DNA of 64,000 nucleotides from a virus (Duplodnaviria; Caudoviricetes): IMG/VR virus record IMGVR_UViG_3300003541_000003, positions 3,297 to 67,296 of that record; one strand, 5' to 3'. Shown piece by piece: positions 63,422 to 64,000 of this stretch (position 1 is its first letter; each line of letters starts with the position of its first letter). The notes under the pieces were generated by a model. It saw only the letters and a program-made list of their open reading frames with translations, ran no database searches and was not told where the DNA came from. The position numbers and the translations under genes were made by a program.

Positions 63422-64000
63422 ATGAGTAATCTAAAATTTTCCGAGAGTGCTCCACCTTCTACCCCATCTTCGGGAAAGGTCTCGGTATACGTTAATTCAA
63501 CTGACCATAAACTTCATATCCTAGATTCTACAGGATTAGATATTTCTATTGATGGAGTGGATGCTTCCAAATTGCGGGGTAAGGATATTCAGTTTGTTGT
63601 TCCTGATGATGGAGATGTTCTGATTTACAGCACAGGCACAAATAGGTATGAACCACAGTCCATGCTAGGCTCATTGGCTGGAGATGGCTCGGATGGAAAT
63701 ATTGTGGTGGCTACTGGACTGACTCTTGCTAAGGATTCTTCCTATGACACTATCATTCTGCTGAGTGGTGCTGTAATATCCACCAATAGCTATCGTCTGT
63801 TCGCAAACACAATTGTTGCTCCAATTACGGGAACAGCGTGGATTGAGAACGATGGGTCTAATGGAGGCAACGGTGGAAATGGTGCACTCACAACGGGTGG
63901 CTCTGCTGGTGCGGCGGCGGCAATCGTAGCTGGTGGTTCACTTCCACCTGGAATGTCTGCGCTGGTAGGTAAAGCTGGTGCGGCTGGCAGGACTTCGGCA
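63422..64000 (+). CDS. Gly-rich tail fibre protein (runs off window)
   Basis: GGAGG RBS and ATG at 63422. Hand translated MSNLKFSESAPPSTPSSGKV...GGNGGNG; no stop before 64000. Confidence 0.75.
   Translation, partial: MSNLKFSESAPPSTPSSGKVSVYVNSTDHKLHILDSTGLDISIDGVDASKLRGKDIQFVVPDDGDVLIYSTGTNRYEPQSMLGSLAGDGSDGNIVVATGLTLAKDSSYDTIILLSGAVISTNSYRLFANTIVAPITGTAWIENDGSNGGNGGNGALTTGGSAGAAAAIVAGGSLPPGMSALVGKAGAAGRTSA

Noticed and set aside
56870-64000. Diversity-generating retroelement acting on tail fibres
   Set aside because: No reverse transcriptase and no template/variable repeat pair seen in the window.
1-64000. Integrated prophage with host flanks, or bacterial O-antigen locus
   Set aside because: No integrase, att site or host genes. 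Sugar genes are interleaved and coupled with phage structural genes, and wzx/wzy/ABC export genes are absent.

Overview
The whole window is a tailed dsDNA phage genome segment (Caudoviricetes, siphovirus-like: tape measure present, no sheath; genetic code 11). There are no host housekeeping genes and no integrase. Genes from 26.1 kb down to 3.1 kb run on the minus strand and cover early, replication and nucleotide functions: primase-like, DnaB, PolA, RecA, RuvC-like, ThyX-like, two DNA methyltransferases, Lar-like protein and tRNA-Arg(UCU). Genes from 26.8 kb to the right end, plus 1-3.1 kb, run on the plus strand and cover lysis, packaging, head, tail and sugar functions. Five features stand out. 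(1) A late-strand glycosylation system: a near-complete CDP-3,6-dideoxyhexose pathway (RfbF, RfbG, true E1/RfbH, RmlC-like, RmlD-like), Gmd, five glycosyltransferases and a methyltransferase, interleaved with the head and tail genes. (2) A ~4 kb island (22.5-26.5 kb) with a sharply different k-mer vocabulary, bracketed by two matching 37-bp double-palindrome sites; it is a candidate long terminal repeat / first-injected region. (3) A 13-15 bp palindrome, TRACACSGTGTYA, present 10 times, both on promoters and inside genes. (4) Three tRNA-like RNAs that keep the acceptor stem and T arm but lack a normal anticodon arm. (5) A C5-methyltransferase with a second gene nested in another reading frame. 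All protein calls come from motif recognition by eye; no database search was run. Several starts were moved relative to the ORF track where an RBS or stop/start overlap supported it.
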